Assembly (NCBI GenBank): GCA_000092065.1
Contig: CP000581.1
Source: Ostreococcus lucimarinus
Taxonomy: Eukaryota
DNA: 64,000 bases
Direction: 5' to 3' (one strand)
Positions 61,681-64,000 of this stretch are shown here, in pieces. The stretch's first letter is position 1, and each line of letters begins with the position of its first letter. Position numbers and translations under genes: made by a program. The notes beneath the pieces were generated by a model that saw nothing but the letters and a program-made list of their open reading frames with translations, was not told the DNA's origin and did not search any database.

Positions 61681-63624
61681 ATGCAGCCACACTTCGCCAC
61701 ACCCGCGCGCGTTTCACCGCGCATCTACGCGAGCATGTCGAACGATGACCCCCCGGCGTCATCCGCCGCTGCGGCTGCGCCACCCGACGACGACGGCGCC
61801 GCCGCAGGCGACTGGCTCTTCGCCGCGCCGCCTCCCAAAACGAAGAAGCGAAAGACGCTCGCGCACGAGTCCGTCTACCTCGACGCGCTGCCCTCGGCGT
61901 CGATGTACGAACGATCGTTCATGCACCGCGACACCGTGACGCACGTCGCGTTCGCGACGACGCACGATTTCTTCGTCACGGCTTCAATCGATGGACACTT
62001 GAAGTTTTGGAAGAAGCGACACCGCGGCGTGGAGTTTGTGAAGCACTTTCGAGCGCACGCGAGCGAGATCCTCGGATTGAGCGTGAGCGCAGATGGAGGG
62101 ATGTGCGCGACGATCGGGAGCGATAATACGTGCAAGATATTCGATGTGGTGAACTTTGACATGTTGTTGATGCTGAAGCTGCCGTACGCGCCGACGGCGT
62201 GCGAGTTCGTGTTTCGAAGAGGAGATGCCGTCCACGCACTCGCGATCGGGGACGATGCGGGAACGATCCGAGTGTACGATGCGCTGTCGTCAAGCGCAGA
62301 GCCAGTGAAGACGTTGGATAAGTTGCACAGATCGAGAATCACGGCGTTGCGATACAACTCGGCGCGCGAATGCGTCATCTCCGCCGAGGAGAAGGGAGCG
62401 TTGGAGTACTGGTCATCGCGACCAGAGGACGATTACGCGGCGCTGACGAGCTCCAACCACGCGAAAATTGAGTTTAGATACAAATTAGACACAGATCTTT
62501 ATGCCTTGGCCAAGGTAAAGACGGCGGCGTACGCCCTCGAGGTGAGCGCCGACGGCGAAAAGTTTAGCACAACTGGCCCAGACAGGCGAGTGCGAGTGTT
62601 CCGATGGAAGACTGGCAAGTTGATTAAAGACATAGACGAATCCTTGGAAGGCGCGGAGGACGTTCAACGGAGTGGGATCGAGAAGTACGTGCTCGAGGAT
62701 ATAGATTTCGGAAGACGATTGGCCATCGAACGCGAATTGACGAAGTCGCTCGAAAAGCACGCGTGGCCGAATGCTATCTTTGACGAAAGCGGAAACTTCC
62801 TCATTTACGCCTCGCACTTGGGTATCAAGGTGGTAAACCTAGTGACGAATCAGTGTCCACGAATTATCGGTAAAGTGGAGAACACGGAACGATTTACTCG
62901 CTTGGCGTTGTTTCAAGGCGTGCCGCAAAAAGACAAACGAGCGAGAGGTTCAGGCAAAGACGTCAAAGTAGCCGAGAAAGACCCCACGATCGTGGCGTGT
63001 GCATTCAACAAGGTTCGTATGTATATATTTTCTAGTCACGAACCGGAAGAAGGCGACGATGCAGCGACTGGACGCGACGTGTTTAACGAAAAACCACGCG
63101 CGGAAGAGCTACTCGCGGCGTCGGCGCTGCCATCCGCGGGCGCGGGCGTGGCGACGAGCGCGGTGATTCACACGACGCTTGGTGATATTCACGTTCAGTT
63201 CTTCCCGAACGAGTGCCCGAGGACTTGCGAAAACTTCAGCACGCACGCGCGAAACGGTTACTACGACGGTATAGTCTTCCATCGAGTGATAAAGAACTTT
63301 ATGGTTCAAACCGGCGATCCGCTCGGCGACGGCACTGGCGGCCAGTCTATATGGGGTGGCGAGTTCGAGGATGAAATCGTTCGTGACTTGCGCCACGATC
63401 GGCCATTCACCGTATCCATGGCAAATGCCGGCCCGAATACCAACGGGTCGCAGTTTTTCATCACCACCGTCGCCACACCCTGGCTCGACGGCAAGCATAC
63501 AGTCTTCGGACGCGTCACGCGGGGCTCTGACGTCGTGCAAGCAATCGAAAATACGAAGTGCGACAAGCACGACAAGCCTTTAGAAGACATCACGATGCTG
63601 AGCATCAAGCTCAACTACAATTGA
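61681..63624 (+). CDS. PPWD1: PPWD1: WD40 repeats + C-terminal cyclophilin-type peptidyl-prolyl isomerase
   Basis: [74 protein letters not shown]… tracks human PPWD1 ([57 protein letters not shown]…). C-terminus [24 protein letters not shown]…[15 protein letters not shown]…[13 protein letters not shown]…GSQFFIT… is cyclophilin. The start could be the internal ATG at 61735. Confidence 0.85.
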   Translation: MQPHFATPARVSPRIYASMSNDDPPASSAAAAAPPDDDGAAAGDWLFAAPPPKTKKRKTLAHESVYLDALPSASMYERSFMHRDTVTHVAFATTHDFFVTASIDGHLKFWKKRHRGVEFVKHFRAHASEILGLSVSADGGMCATIGSDNTCKIFDVVNFDMLLMLKLPYAPTACEFVFRRGDAVHALAIGDDAGTIRVYDALSSSAEPVKTLDKLHRSRITALRYNSARECVISAEEKGALEYWSSRPEDDYAALTSSNHAKIEFRYKLDTDLYALAKVKTAAYALEVSADGEKFSTTGPDRRVRVFRWKTGKLIKDIDESLEGAEDVQRSGIEKYVLEDIDFGRRLAIERELTKSLEKHAWPNAIFDESGNFLIYASHLGIKVVNLVTNQCPRIIGKVENTERFTRLALFQGVPQKDKRARGSGKDVKVAEKDPTIVACAFNKVRMYIFSSHEPEEGDDAATGRDVFNEKPRAEELLAASALPSAGAGVATSAVIHTTLGDIHVQFFPNECPRTCENFSTHARNGYYDGIVFHRVIKNFMVQTGDPLGDGTGGQSIWGGEFEDEIVRDLRHDRPFTVSMANAGPNTNGSQFFITTVATPWLDGKHTVFGRVTRGSDVVQAIENTKCDKHDKPLEDITMLSIKLNYN

Positions 63625-63668
63625 TTCAGCGCTATTAAGCAAACTCAGTGTTGTTACAACAAACATTT

Positions 63669-63980
63669 CTAACTCTTTTGCAACTCGTCGTAAAGACTAT
63701 TGGCGGCTGAGCGCAACGTCGATCCAACACGACTGGCGACATTCTTCACAGCGTGCAAATCGTTCTTCGCGGCGAGTGACATTTTTTGCATGAGATCGCG
63801 CGCACTCAAATCGGTGTCGTCACCGTCGAACCCATCAAATCTCCCGTCGCGCTGGCCGTACTGGTTTGACGACGCCGAACTCATGTTGCCGTAATTGCCG
63901 TACGAAGAACTGTTCGCTGCTGGCGATGAGTATCTTCCCGCAGAAGCTTGTGGAGCTTGTGCGCCTTGCGTATTGTGCAA
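63669..63980 (-). CDS. 3'-terminal coding exon/ORF of a gene continuing beyond the window (Q/S/Y/G-rich then a short helical C-terminus); function unknown
   Basis: ORF ending …DLMQKMSLAAKNDLHAVKNVASRVGSTLRSAANSLYDELQKS*; its N-terminal part runs to the window edge. Confidence 0.25.
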   Translation of the reverse strand: MHNTQGAQAPQASAGRYSSPAANSSSYGNYGNMSSASSNQYGQRDGRFDGFDGDDTDLSARDLMQKMSLAAKNDLHAVKNVASRVGSTLRSAANSLYDELQKS

Positions 63981-64000
63981 ACCGTAACGCGGATCTGGGT

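Noticed and set aside
1-64000. Prokaryotic-style features (operons, CRISPR arrays, defence islands, mobile elements, tRNA/rRNA genes)
   Set aside because: Gene structures have introns, transit peptides and eukaryote-specific products (TOR, nucleoporin, PEX14, Prp18, proteasome β3, PPWD1). No CRISPR-like spaced repeats, transposase or integrase ORFs, and no tRNA-like cloverleaf candidates were seen.

Overview
This 64-kb window is GC-rich (~65-70 %) eukaryotic nuclear DNA. I can support about 33 protein-coding genes on both strands, all housekeeping genes; there are no prokaryotic features (no operons, CRISPR arrays, tRNA or rRNA genes). Intergenic spacers are very short, often under 300 bp and under 60 bp for four convergent pairs. 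Most genes are intronless; six carry a single short intron (95-237 bp) with GT…AG boundaries that I reconstructed by hand from the ORF track.

The genes, left to right, are:
- A kinase-KEN kinase that lacks the IRE1 lumenal/TM domain and carries a long coiled-coil N-terminus.
- UMP-CMP kinase.
- A coiled-coil protein.
- MsrB.
- A 1.6-kaa secreted RCC1 β-propeller with about 30 ephrin-receptor-like Cys repeats.
- A prolyl 4-hydroxylase with a ShK domain.
- A DAGK-type lipid kinase.
- Protein-only RNase P (PRORP).
- An FG-nucleoporin of the Nup54/57 type.
- A PEP-mutase/isocitrate-lyase family enzyme.
- A MEF2-like MADS-box transcription factor.
- A TFIIS-N domain protein.
- Two PPR proteins.
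- Prp18.
- An organellar SSB.
- A split TPR-PB1 (Phox/CLMP1-like) gene.
- A type-II membrane glycosyltransferase-like protein.
- WDR12/Ytm1, head-to-head with an intronless 2,678-aa TOR kinase.
- PEX14.
- 2-isopropylmalate synthase.
- WDR33/Pfs2.
- Glucose-6-phosphate 1-epimerase.
- A PhyH dioxygenase.
- Proteasome β3.
- ClpX.
- A multi-pass membrane protein.
- Ribosomal bS6.
- An SDR, BolA, and a ubiquitin-fused nickel superoxide dismutase.
- PPWD1.

The Ub–NiSOD fusion, the green-type transit peptides (…VRA↓), the high GC and the compactness point to a prasinophyte/Mamiellales-like green alga (Micromonas-like); this is inference, not a database result. The most interesting items are the Ub–NiSOD split gene, the sensor-less KEN-domain kinase, the giant RCC1/Cys-repeat surface protein, several divergent gene pairs whose predicted start codons share a CATG, a GC-poor ORF-free island, and a 26-bp direct repeat in a bidirectional promoter. 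Many ORFs in the supplied track are R/A-rich antisense or intergenic artefacts of the high GC content, and some 'M' starts in it are GTG/TTG codons.
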